Assembly (NCBI GenBank): GCA_964482795.1
Contig: CAYZZI010000013.1
Coordinates: forward strand, 805 to 64,804
Source: an uncultured Klebsiella sp.
GTDB taxonomy: Bacteria; Chloroflexota; Chloroflexia; Chloroflexales; Roseiflexaceae
DNA length: 64,000 nucleotides
Direction of reading: 5' to 3'
A program made the translations under genes and the position numbers. Of the stretch, positions 35,034 through 44,383 are shown piece after piece. Under the pieces are notes generated by a model, which made no database searches, was not told the origin of the DNA, and worked only from the letters and a program-made list of their open reading frames with translations. Position 1 is the stretch's first letter; every line of letters begins with the position of its first letter.

Positions 35034-35050
35034 TCCTCCTTTTCTACCAT

Positions 35051-35091
35051 AGCCCAAACGCTCTAGTCGTGCAGACTAGGGCGTTTGGGCT
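35051..35091 (+). terminator. 18-bp hairpin terminator after isomerase gene
   Basis: AGCCCAAACGCTCTAGTC-gtgca-GACTAGGGCGTTTGGGCT with one G-U pair, 18 nt after the stop. Confidence 0.6.
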
Positions 35092-35194
35092 ACTTACCTA
35101 CCATTCGTTAAGCAAACTCTCATCTAGGACATGACCCATTCACACCACAAATCACAGTATAGTTAATGAAGAGTTTGCGTCGTGGCACACTGCG

Positions 35195-35210
35195 TCATTC
35201 ATTTGAATGA
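35195..35210. promoter_or_regulatory. Perfect palindrome TCATTCA-TT-TGAATGA flanked by (G/A)CGTCATTC direct repeats, upstream of RND pump
   Basis: Read directly. It lies about 160-175 nt upstream of the ATG at 35372. The repeats are at 35192-35200 and 35212-35220. Confidence 0.4.
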
Positions 35211-35371
35211 TACGTCATTCGTGCACACGATGGACATACGCAGTACACCATCTTGATACACTCTCATTGAGAGTCGTTGGTTGCAGGCACGACGTTTTCG
35301 ACAGATAACTGTGGCCTGTCATTTTTTGAAATAGCTTGGTGTGAAAATCATCACAACAACAGGAGTTTTGC

Positions 35372-38300
35372 ATGGCGCAACGCCCACCTCGTGAACAACT
35401 CAACGGCATGTCCATTTCGGACACGTCGATACGGCAGCCGGTCTTCATCACCATGCTCATGCTATTGGCGGTAACATTCGGTGTATTGGCGTTCAATCGA
35501 ATGCCAGTCAATCTTTTGCCCGAAATCAACCTGCCAATCGTGGCGGTCACTGTCGCCTACCCGGGTGCTGGGCCGTCAAGTGTCGTTGACCAAGTCACCG
35601 AGCCGATTGAGCAGGCCGTAAATACCATCAACGGTATCAAGCACATCACTTCGAACTCGAGTGAGGGTTTGTCATTGCTCATTCTCGAGTTCAATGAAGG
35701 TACCGATATCAATCAGGCAGAGCAGGATGTCCGACAAAAGATCAACGGCATTCGCAACGCATTGCCGCGCGATATTCGCGAACCCATCTACCAGCGTTTT
35801 GACCCCAACCAAGCGCCAATTATGTCAATCGCAATTGCACCAAAAACAGCCATTGATCCCCTTGTATTGCGTGACATTATCGAAGACCAAATTACCCCGC
35901 GCCTGCAGCGTGCTGCTGGTGTCGGCTCAATTACCGTACTCGGTGGACAAACGCGTCAAATCAATGTGTGGATGCAGCTTGACAAGCTCCAAGCGTATGG
36001 TTTGATACCCGCACAACTCACACGTTCTCTGCAATCAGCAAATGCAAATCTGGGCCTCGGCTCAATCAACGCAGGCACCCAAGACATCAACTTACGTGCA
36101 CCGAGCATGTTGACGAGTATTGATGATATTGCCAACATACAAATTACCGGGACGCCATACAAAATATCCGATGTGGCAACGGTCGAAGAGGGTGTAGCTG
36201 ATGCGACTAGTTACACACGACTTGACGGTGCCAATGCCATCATTCTTGATGTACGCAAGCAGTCGGGCACAAATACCGTGCAGGTAGCCGATGCCGTCAA
36301 GGTCGAGCTCGAAAATGTCTTTGCGAACCGCACTGACATGAGTTATATCGTACCGCGTGACCAATCGGTATCGGTGCGTGAATCCGTGATTAGCTCACTC
36401 GAGGAGTTAATCTTTGCGACCATCGCGGCCCTCATCGTGGTCTTTCTCTTCTTCCGCGATATTCGCAACACGCTCATCACCATGGCAGGTTTGCCCATCA
36501 TCTTGATTGCGACATTCATTGCGATGTCACTCTTCGGCTTGACCATCAACTTGATTACCTTGTTGGCGCTCTCGTTGTGTGTCGGTCTTGTGATTGACGA
36601 TGCCATCGTAGTCCGTGAGAACATTTTCAGGCATACCCTACGTGGCAAATCAGCTCGCGTAGCATCGAGTGTTGGCACCGCCGAAGTATCGCTCTCTGTC
36701 ATTGCCATGACGTTGACGATTGTCGCCGTGTTCGTACCGGTGACATTCACCACCGGCACCGTAGGGATCATCTTTAAGTCGTTCGGCATCACGGTGGCAG
36801 TGGCCATGTTGCTCTCATTAATCGAGGCATTCACCTTCGCTCCTATGCTTTCGGCGAACGCCTTCCGTACCAAAAATAAACAGGCCAAAGATGATCACAA
36901 TCATCACTCTGCGCATGCGGTGGCCATTGACGAAAACGACCCGAATGCATCATTGCTCCACGAAGCGAACGAATCACCGGGCAAACTCGGCGACTTTTAT
37001 GGCAATCTGCTCAAGCGTAGTCTGCGCACACGCCTCAACCGTGTCATGATTATGGTGGTGGCCGTTGTGGTACTTGGGCTGAGTGTCCTCGTAGCCGGAC
37101 AACTCAAGTTCACCTTCTTCCCTGCTGAAGATCCACACGAGTATGTGATGGGCTTCGAAATGCCACCAGGCACAACCCTAGCTGAGACCGATCGTGTGGC
37201 CCGTGAGGTAGAACAGGTGCTCCTCAACGAAGAGACCACGGTATCCGTGATTAGTACGGTGGGTTTCACCGGCAATCCTGAGCGTGCCGAATTTAGTGTC
37301 AAGCTCAAAGGCAAGACACCCACCCAGGCTGCGCAAGATGCAGTGCGTCCAAAGTTGAGCTTTGCTCCAAATCTAGCCTTCGCGGTGCCGAGCTTCCAAG
37401 GGTCGAGCACCGGCGTGACGGGTCGCACACTGCAGCTCAGTTTGCAGACCAATCGTGCGCCAGAAGAGATTACTCCGCTCGTTGACCAAATCATCCAGAC
37501 CATGCGTCAGACGCCAGGCATGGTTGACGTAGCCACCAACTACGTGCCGGGCAAGCCGGAGTTACGCCTGTTGGCAGATCCGAACCGTATCGGCGATCTA
37601 GGTCTTACCAATGAAGAAATTGCCTCTTCAGTGCGCGCACTCATCAATGGTGAACGGGCCACCGTGTTGCGCCGTGACGGCATTGACACTGACATCGTAG
37701 TACGGCTGGCACCAGCTGATCGAAGCGATGCTGCCGCACTCGGGAACATCATCATTCCTACTCGGAGCGGTTCAGTTGCACTGAGTTCACTCGGTCAGTT
37801 CGAGTTGACGAGTAGTGCAGTCACTATTCGCCGTTATGACCGTCTCAATCAGGTGTTGATCGGGGCAAATCTCCAGGATCTCAACATCGGTGATGCCCAG
37901 ACCAAAGTCCGTGGCATCATGCAATCGCTCAACGTCCCCAGCGATGTGGTCTGGAGCTTCACCGGGCAGTCACAACAACAGACCGAGGGCTTCTCGTCAT
38001 TGTTGATTGCCATGGCGCTCTCCGTGCTTTTCGTATACATGGTGCTGGCATCACAGTTCGGTTCATTCACGCAACCGCTGGTCATCATGCTTGCCATGCC
38101 GTTTAGTTTCATCGGCGCGTTTCTCGGCCTTATTCTGACCAACACGGATCTCGACATTACCGGCATGATTGGTCTCATCATGCTCCTCGGTCTTGTCACC
38201 AAAAACTCCATCTTGCTGGTCGACTTCACCAATCGTCTGCGCCAAGCAGGCCTCGAAAAGCACGAAGCACTGCGCGTCGCAGGTGCGGTGCGCCTCCGCC

Positions 38301-38593
38301 CAATTTTGATGACGACATTTGCAATTATTGCAGGTGCCTTGCCAGTTGCCATGGGTATCCACATCTTCGGCACCGGTCAGGGTGGCGAGTTCCGTCGTGG
38401 TCTAGCAACCGTCCTCATCGGCGGTCTGACGACATCGATGCTACTCACGTTGTTCGTCGTCCCTGCCGCATATAGCTTGCTTGACTCACTCACAAGTCGT
38501 CTACGCCGGTCAGAGCCGACTGATGACGAAGTCGTGACACCCATCTCCGCCGGCGGATTACCCAGCCGTGCCCCAGGACGTAATCAAGAATAG
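35372..38593 (+). CDS. RND-superfamily efflux permease (AcrB/HAE1-like)
   Basis: 1073 aa. The ATG follows AGGAG. SIRQPVFITMLMLLAVTFGVLAF, LPEINLPIVAVTVAYPGA and two 6-TM blocks with large loops are present. Confidence 0.9.
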   Translation: MAQRPPREQLNGMSISDTSIRQPVFITMLMLLAVTFGVLAFNRMPVNLLPEINLPIVAVTVAYPGAGPSSVVDQVTEPIEQAVNTINGIKHITSNSSEGLSLLILEFNEGTDINQAEQDVRQKINGIRNALPRDIREPIYQRFDPNQAPIMSIAIAPKTAIDPLVLRDIIEDQITPRLQRAAGVGSITVLGGQTRQINVWMQLDKLQAYGLIPAQLTRSLQSANANLGLGSINAGTQDINLRAPSMLTSIDDIANIQITGTPYKISDVATVEEGVADATSYTRLDGANAIILDVRKQSGTNTVQVADAVKVELENVFANRTDMSYIVPRDQSVSVRESVISSLEELIFATIAALIVVFLFFRDIRNTLITMAGLPIILIATFIAMSLFGLTINLITLLALSLCVGLVIDDAIVVRENIFRHTLRGKSARVASSVGTAEVSLSVIAMTLTIVAVFVPVTFTTGTVGIIFKSFGITVAVAMLLSLIEAFTFAPMLSANAFRTKNKQAKDDHNHHSAHAVAIDENDPNASLLHEANESPGKLGDFYGNLLKRSLRTRLNRVMIMVVAVVVLGLSVLVAGQLKFTFFPAEDPHEYVMGFEMPPGTTLAETDRVAREVEQVLLNEETTVSVISTVGFTGNPERAEFSVKLKGKTPTQAAQDAVRPKLSFAPNLAFAVPSFQGSSTGVTGRTLQLSLQTNRAPEEITPLVDQIIQTMRQTPGMVDVATNYVPGKPELRLLADPNRIGDLGLTNEEIASSVRALINGERATVLRRDGIDTDIVVRLAPADRSDAAALGNIIIPTRSGSVALSSLGQFELTSSAVTIRRYDRLNQVLIGANLQDLNIGDAQTKVRGIMQSLNVPSDVVWSFTGQSQQQTEGFSSLLIAMALSVLFVYMVLASQFGSFTQPLVIMLAMPFSFIGAFLGLILTNTDLDITGMIGLIMLLGLVTKNSILLVDFTNRLRQAGLEKHEALRVAGAVRLRPILMTTFAIIAGALPVAMGIHIFGTGQGGEFRRGLATVLIGGLTTSMLLTLFVVPAAYSLLDSLTSRLRRSEPTDDEVVTPISAGGLPSRAPGRNQE

Positions 38594-38647
38594 TAGTCCC
38601 ATAACATGCCGGAGGGACGTGTACCCTCCGGCACACCAAAAGGAAGT

Positions 38648-40084
38648 ATGACTCGCATGCGTAACAAGTTCATTCGTACTCTGCTGATTAGTGGCATTGC
38701 AACCGGGTTGATGGCCTGTACAACCACAGCACAAATCACCCCACAAACCACCCCTCAAGCTGATACCGCAAATGCGCTGGTGGCAACACCACAGCCGAGC
38801 CTAGATCTAGGGAGTCTGCTGCCCACCGCTACGACGAACACCAGTGCAATTGCCACGGCTCTGGTCAGCGGGACGGGCGAAGTGACCACGCGCAACGACA
38901 GCCAACTCAACTTTTTGGTGAGTGGCACGGTGGCCGATGTACGGGCCAGCGAGGGTCAACAAGTCAAAAAGGGCGACCTCTTAGCAATCCTTGATACGAC
39001 GCTCTATGACCAACAGGTGGTTCAAGCCGAGGCAAATCTGGCCAGCGCCAAAGCAACGTTGGCAGCACTCCAGGGCAGTGGTGCGGATGCACAAGCCGCT
39101 CGCGCGCAACTCGCTCAAGCACAGGCCGCACTTGATGCGACCAAACCAGACAGCACCAGTGCCGATGTACGTGCCGCCCAACTGAACCTGAAGACGGCTC
39201 AATATAATCTGCAGAGCACCAAAGATCGTCTCTCGCTCGCCAAGACGCAAGCACAAGTCCAGCTTGAACTCGCCAATCAGAATCTTGCTCAGGCGCAGTC
39301 ACAGTTTGATTTTGATCGCTACAACTGGGAGTGGATTCTCGAAAACGGCACTGATCCGGCAATGCCCACCATACGTGGTCGTGAGAACAAGTTGGGTGAC
39401 CAGGCCATCAAACGCTATCAAGTTGCCTATGAAGTCTCTATGTCACGCCGCGATGCAGCAAAAATATCCTTCCGCAACGCAGAAATTGGCTTCGAACAAG
39501 CCAAACAAGCCGAGACAGTCGGTGTTGCCACTGCAGAGTTCCAAGTTCAACAAGCCGAACTTGCCCTCGAGCGGATAACGAATCCTACGGGCAAAGATCG
39601 TGCCACGCTCGAAGCCGCAGTGGCCGGTGCACAGGCAACGGTCAATCGCCTGGCAACCCAACAAATCCAGGCTCAAGCGGGTGTTGCTCAGGCCGAAGCA
39701 GCCCTCACCCTCGCCAAGTTGAATCGTGACCGTGCGGAAATTCGTGCTCCATTTAATGGTGTGGTTGCCCTGGTCGACATCAACACCGGTGATGCAGCCA
39801 ATCCAGCGGGACGTCCAGTAATCCGCGTCGTTGACACCACCAATCTGCGTGTCGATGTCCAAATTAGTGACGCTGATATCGCGAACGTCACCCTCAATCA
39901 ACGCGTCACCGTGAGTGTGGATGCCCTGGCGGGTCAACAATTTGATGGCACCGTCTCGTTTATTGCGCCAATCGCAAATGTCGTCGGTAATGTGCGTTCA
40001 TTTACCGTGCACATCACTCTCGATGACGTGACCAACCTCCGCGCCGGCATGAGCGCACGTGTCAATTTGTTGGGCGACAATTAA
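38648..40084 (+). CDS. Efflux RND periplasmic adaptor (HlyD/MFP family), lipoprotein
   Basis: The ATG at 38648 follows AAGGAAG. The lipobox is GLMAC. A long Ala/Gln coiled-coil hairpin is followed by a C-terminal beta-barrel motif (IRAPFNGVV, RVDVQISDADI). Confidence 0.8.
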   Translation: MTRMRNKFIRTLLISGIATGLMACTTTAQITPQTTPQADTANALVATPQPSLDLGSLLPTATTNTSAIATALVSGTGEVTTRNDSQLNFLVSGTVADVRASEGQQVKKGDLLAILDTTLYDQQVVQAEANLASAKATLAALQGSGADAQAARAQLAQAQAALDATKPDSTSADVRAAQLNLKTAQYNLQSTKDRLSLAKTQAQVQLELANQNLAQAQSQFDFDRYNWEWILENGTDPAMPTIRGRENKLGDQAIKRYQVAYEVSMSRRDAAKISFRNAEIGFEQAKQAETVGVATAEFQVQQAELALERITNPTGKDRATLEAAVAGAQATVNRLATQQIQAQAGVAQAEAALTLAKLNRDRAEIRAPFNGVVALVDINTGDAANPAGRPVIRVVDTTNLRVDVQISDADIANVTLNQRVTVSVDALAGQQFDGTVSFIAPIANVVGNVRSFTVHITLDDVTNLRAGMSARVNLLGDN

Positions 40085-40123
40085 CGACCGCTTCGTTCTC
40101 CATGCGATCATGTACACCCCATA

Positions 40124-40160
40124 CCACCCTTCGTCTGCACCACGCAAGTACGAAGGGTGG
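40124..40160. terminator. 11-bp perfect hairpin between convergent genes
   Basis: CCACCCTTCGT-15 nt-ACGAAGGGTGG. Confidence 0.5.
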
Positions 40161-40163
40161 CAC

Positions 40164-41060
40164 TTATTGCGCCAACCAATCATAGGTCATGCAGTAGTGC
40201 CACCAATCTCCCCAGACGCCATCAACCAACTGCGGTGAACGTGGCAGATGTTGGAGCCACCAAACGTGATGTGCACGCATATCGCCGTTCCCCCACTCAC
40301 TGCAATCGACCATTCGTGCAGGAGCATGTCGCGTATGTGGAAAATCACGCCAGCGGTCGCAGTACGACAACACGGGAGCGTGGTGGCCCCAATCGTAGTC
40401 GCGCCGACTATTCGGCGCAAAATGGACATTACCACAGCCAGCACGTTGTGGAGCGATGGCATCATACTGACTAAATTCGCGCCAATGATTGTGTAGATGG
40501 GGAGCACGCTGATAGACGGCGTTCATCATCGACTCAACACGATGACCGAAATTTTCTAACATGCAACCGACATCACGTTCAACATTGAACCCCATCATGA
40601 CAAAATTATGCGTGGCACTCGGCAATACAATCGGTGGCGCATTACACCAAATCGCCTGTGGTCCTATCATAATTGACTCGTACTCACCCGCATACGGGAA
40701 CGAAAAGAACCACACCTCATCAAACTCAGCGGCAGTACGACGCTCAATCAGTTGAAACTGTGCCAATCGTGCATGATAATCGAGGCCATCAGGATGATGC
40801 ATATCGCGACGTGGCCAGCGGTGGAGATAACTTGTTGCATCATAGCGAAATCCATCGGTCTTCACGGGGAACCACGGAGCATCGATGGTTTTGATGACCT
40901 GATACTGCACGCGCCCATGACTCGCACGCTTCATATCAGCAATATACTGCGTTGCTAAGGTGTACGGATTATTCCAGCGCATGTGCTGATGTAGGCGCGT
41001 GCCACGGTCATCTACGAATGGGTCATGGACAATCATCAGAACACGTGGTGTGTATATCAT
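40164..41060 (-). CDS. Hypothetical His/Trp-rich cytoplasmic protein, no family recognised
   Basis: 298-aa intact ORF with no signal peptide or TM segment. Notable strings are VLMIVHDPF, EVWFFSFPYAGEYES, GCGNVHFAPNSRRDYDWG and HHVWWLQHLP. Confidence 0.55.
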   Translation of the reverse strand: MIYTPRVLMIVHDPFVDDRGTRLHQHMRWNNPYTLATQYIADMKRASHGRVQYQVIKTIDAPWFPVKTDGFRYDATSYLHRWPRRDMHHPDGLDYHARLAQFQLIERRTAAEFDEVWFFSFPYAGEYESIMIGPQAIWCNAPPIVLPSATHNFVMMGFNVERDVGCMLENFGHRVESMMNAVYQRAPHLHNHWREFSQYDAIAPQRAGCGNVHFAPNSRRDYDWGHHAPVLSYCDRWRDFPHTRHAPARMVDCSEWGNGDMRAHHVWWLQHLPRSPQLVDGVWGDWWHYCMTYDWLAQ

Positions 41061-41291
41061 TGCTCACTCTTCTTTGTTCAATATCTTCATCCTACTATGA
41101 CACTGACGACATATCAATACAATGGATGCATATTGTACACATGCAGTGAACGATGTTGATTATCAGCATACCTGCTCCCATAGACATGATACGTTGGCAC
41201 TCACGCATCCCCACAAACACATGACAGCGCGAAAAAGCAGTATGGATACTACAACAATTGCGGTTATGCTGATTGTATTCTGTACAATACG

Positions 41292-41300
41292 TGGTATAAT
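41292..41300 (+). promoter_or_regulatory. Extended -10 promoter TGgTATAAT for rho (about 224-nt leader)
   Basis: cgTGGTATAATaa, with TTGTAT 16 nt upstream. Confidence 0.5.
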
Positions 41301-41523
41301 AAAAAGGTACAATTTTTGTGTGTAAGTGTTTGTCTGTTCCTTCCGTATGCTCTTGAGCCATGTATACGGCACCCTCAGCTCATCTGTGACACCTCAAGTG
41401 CGCCCTGCACACATTGTTGGAGCCCCTGTCAAAGCTGAAGCCACCATAAACGGTCCAAGTGCAACTGAATAGTGTGTCCAGCGACAGCTGCAATTTCCGC
41501 AATAGATATTCAAGGAGTTCAGT

Positions 41524-42963
41524 GTGCCACGCATTCGTAGCAAACTGCCAAATGCCGGTGCAAGTGCGCCGGTCCCCCCTCCGGAGCAAGCCCCAATGCT
41601 CACCACGAGTGATGTCGAGTATGAGACGCCAAAGCAGGCAGCAGTGCGTTCAATTCCGGTTGCATCAGCGAGTAACACGCCTATTTCAACGGATCCACGC
41701 CCCGTGCTACCGGTTGAATTTGATGGGTTGACCATTCAAGAGTTGCGTGACATGGCCAAAAGCAGTGGGCATCTCGTCACTCCACAAATGAAGAAGCAAG
41801 ACATCATCAAGTTGTTGATGAGTACACCGCCGGTTGCTGAGGAGAGTACAAACACCAGCATCACCAGTGAGGGTATTCTCGATATCGTCCAGGAGGGATT
41901 TGGCTTCTTGCGCGGAGAGCGCATGCTGGCAAGTCCAAATGATGTGTACGTGTCACAATCTCAGATTCGCCGCTTTGCGTTACGCACCGGCGATAAAGTG
42001 GTTGGTCAGGTACGTCCACCCAAAGAGAACGAGCGGTACCTCTCACTATTGCGCGTTGAGTTGATTAATGGCATGGATCCCGACACTGCGCGCAAGCGTC
42101 CATCAGCCGATCAGCTAACGCCTATTTTTCCTAACCAGCAAATCAAACTTGAGACCGAGCCACATATTTTGTCAACGCGTTTGGTTGATTTGGTTGCCCC
42201 GATTGGTCGTGGTCAACGTGGTTTGATTGTGTCACCGCCCAAAGCCGGTAAGACGCTCTTACTCAAGACGATCGCGAACGGCATTGCAGTCAATCATCCT
42301 GACATTCACTTGATGGTCTTGCTCATTGGTGAACGCCCCGAAGAAGTGACTGACATGCGCCGTTCGGTACAGGGTGAAGTCATCTCGAGCACGTTCGATG
42401 AACCAGTCGAAGATCACGTCAAAGTCGCTGAAATGACGCTTGAGCGTGCCAAGCGCTTAGTCGAGATCGGCCAAGATGTCGTCATTTTGATGGATTCCAT
42501 CACGCGTCTGGCGCGTGCGTACAACCTCGAGATACCACCGAGCGGGCGTACGCTCTCCGGCGGTATTGATCCGATTGCGCTCTACCCACCCAAGCGTTTC
42601 TTTGGTGCGGCCCGTAACATCGAAAACGGCGGTTCACTGACCATCATCGCCACCTGTTTGGTCGATACAGGCAGCCGCATGGATGACGTCATTTACGAAG
42701 AGTTCAAAGGTACCGGCAACATGGAGTTGCACCTTGACCGTAAACTCGCCGAAAAACGCGTCTTCCCGGCCATTGATATTACGCGTAGTGGCACACGACG
42801 TGAAGAACTGCTCCTCGGCCCAGAAGTTATCAAGCAAGTCTGGACGATGCGGCGTATGGTCACCATGCTCGGTGAAAATGAAGGCACGGAGCTCGTACTG
42901 GCACGTATGACCAAGACACGCACAAACTCCGATTTCCTCCTCTCACTGGCCAAACCCAGTTAA
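41524..42963 (+). CDS. rho: Transcription termination factor Rho with about 65-aa N-terminal low-complexity extension
   Basis: The GTG follows [21 protein letters not shown] (Rho_N), [14 protein letters not shown] (CSD-like), Walker A PPKAGKT and the C-terminal [22 protein letters not shown] are present. Confidence 0.95.
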   Translation: MPRIRSKLPNAGASAPVPPPEQAPMLTTSDVEYETPKQAAVRSIPVASASNTPISTDPRPVLPVEFDGLTIQELRDMAKSSGHLVTPQMKKQDIIKLLMSTPPVAEESTNTSITSEGILDIVQEGFGFLRGERMLASPNDVYVSQSQIRRFALRTGDKVVGQVRPPKENERYLSLLRVELINGMDPDTARKRPSADQLTPIFPNQQIKLETEPHILSTRLVDLVAPIGRGQRGLIVSPPKAGKTLLLKTIANGIAVNHPDIHLMVLLIGERPEEVTDMRRSVQGEVISSTFDEPVEDHVKVAEMTLERAKRLVEIGQDVVILMDSITRLARAYNLEIPPSGRTLSGGIDPIALYPPKRFFGAARNIENGGSLTIIATCLVDTGSRMDDVIYEEFKGTGNMELHLDRKLAEKRVFPAIDITRSGTRREELLLGPEVIKQVWTMRRMVTMLGENEGTELVLARMTKTRTNSDFLLSLAKPS

Positions 42964-42985
42964 TTACACGCACCGCACCGTCAAG

Positions 42986-43022
42986 CGCACACACACGTCA
43001 CCGTTGGTGACGTGTGTGTGCG
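42986..43022 (+). terminator. 16-bp perfect hairpin after rho
   Basis: CGCACACACACGTCAC-cgttg-GTGACGTGTGTGTGCG, 23 nt after the stop, with no U-tract. Confidence 0.6.
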
Positions 43023-43092
43023 TCTCTGCCCGTCAGCACCTCAACAGAAAATGCTACAATGACGACAATTGCTTATGCGGATCTAGAACGAC

Positions 43093-43905
43093 ATGTCATC
43101 ACCGATTGCACGCTTTGAGGCGTTCATGGAGCGCCTGCTCGAAACTTCGATTGCACGCATTCTTGATAGCCGACTTGACGAGTCGGTCATCATGCGCCGA
43201 CTCGAACGTGTGATGGAATCGAATCAAACCATGGTCAACGCTGAGATCTATGTGCCTCACATGTACTACGCATATGTTAACCCGGTTGACTATAATGCAC
43301 TCATCAGCAAAAACAAACAAATCAATACTGTACTCAGTCAATACTTGACCAATCTCGTGAGTAACCGCCAATTCAAAACGTACGCACGCATATCCAGTCA
43401 ACGCCCAGTTGTCGGCGTCCAACTGGTGAGTGATCCTGCATGCGATTTAGCCACAATTCGTATTGAGTTTGAGCACATGCCTACCGCAAATAGTGAGTCA
43501 ACCGACAATTTTCAAGCAGTGCAAGACACATTCAGTGACTCCTTGCTCCCGACGATGCTACACACGCGCCAAGAGACATTTAAACATATCTCATCGGTCT
43601 ACCATCTTCATATCACCATACAAGAGCAAGAGTATGTAAAAGTTGTAGTCATCTCTAAAACCGAGCTCACACTTGGTCGAGAAAACTGGAATGACATCAT
43701 GCTGTCAGATCATATGGTCTCACGCGATCATGCACGTATCAACTACAATAATCAGCGCTTCTACATCACTGATTTGCAGTCGAGTAACGGCACAACGATT
43801 AACGGCAAAAAAGTCACGACACCCGACACGCCGATTCAGGTCGATGATGTGATTCATATCGGAAATTATGTCATCCAACTCAAGCGGATATTCAACGATG
43901 AATGA
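43093..43905 (+). CDS. FhaA-like protein (DUF3662 N-domain plus C-terminal FHA domain)
   Basis: The N-terminus MSSPIARFEAFMERLLETSIARIL is typical of DUF3662. The C-terminal FHA reads LTLGRENWNDIMLSDHMVSRDHARINYNNQRFYITDLQSSNGTTINGKKV. Confidence 0.75.
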   Translation: MSSPIARFEAFMERLLETSIARILDSRLDESVIMRRLERVMESNQTMVNAEIYVPHMYYAYVNPVDYNALISKNKQINTVLSQYLTNLVSNRQFKTYARISSQRPVVGVQLVSDPACDLATIRIEFEHMPTANSESTDNFQAVQDTFSDSLLPTMLHTRQETFKHISSVYHLHITIQEQEYVKVVVISKTELTLGRENWNDIMLSDHMVSRDHARINYNNQRFYITDLQSSNGTTINGKKVTTPDTPIQVDDVIHIGNYVIQLKRIFNDE

Positions 43906-44371
43906 TTTAGCCAATCTATCAATTGAATTTATAATTTGGATTCTGCGCCTGATTTTGGTGGGGTTGGTCTACCTCTTTATCTGGCGGATTATGCGCACCA
44001 TGACGCGTGGAGTGCAACACGGTCGCATTATCGGCGATTTAGGGGCCTACTTAATTGTCAACGATCCCGGCAAAAGCCAACTACAACGTGGGCAGGCCAT
44101 CATGTTGGACATTCATTCCACCATAGGTCGTAACAAAGCAAATCTCGTCGTGTTAGAAGACCCCTTGGTAAGCGAACGTCATGCGCTGATTCAACTCATT
44201 GATGAACGTTGGATTATTCGTGACCTTGGTAGCACCAACAAGACCTACATCAATAATCTGCAGGTTGTGAGCGCCGTCAAATTATCGCACAACGACGTCA
44301 TTACTATCGGTCGTGTTATCTTGCGCGTGTTTATCCAAAAAGACGACGACAAGAAACAAGCAGAACTCTAA
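43898..44371 (+). CDS. FhaB-like membrane-anchored FHA domain protein
   Basis: The ATG overlaps the upstream 3' end. One TM helix (FIIWILRLILVGLVYLFIW) is followed by an FHA domain (IGRNKANLVVLEDPLVSERHALI...IRDLGSTNKTYIN). Confidence 0.7.
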   Translation: MNDLANLSIEFIIWILRLILVGLVYLFIWRIMRTMTRGVQHGRIIGDLGAYLIVNDPGKSQLQRGQAIMLDIHSTIGRNKANLVVLEDPLVSERHALIQLIDERWIIRDLGSTNKTYINNLQVVSAVKLSHNDVITIGRVILRVFIQKDDDKKQAEL

Positions 44372-44383
44372 AGGGAAACCCGC

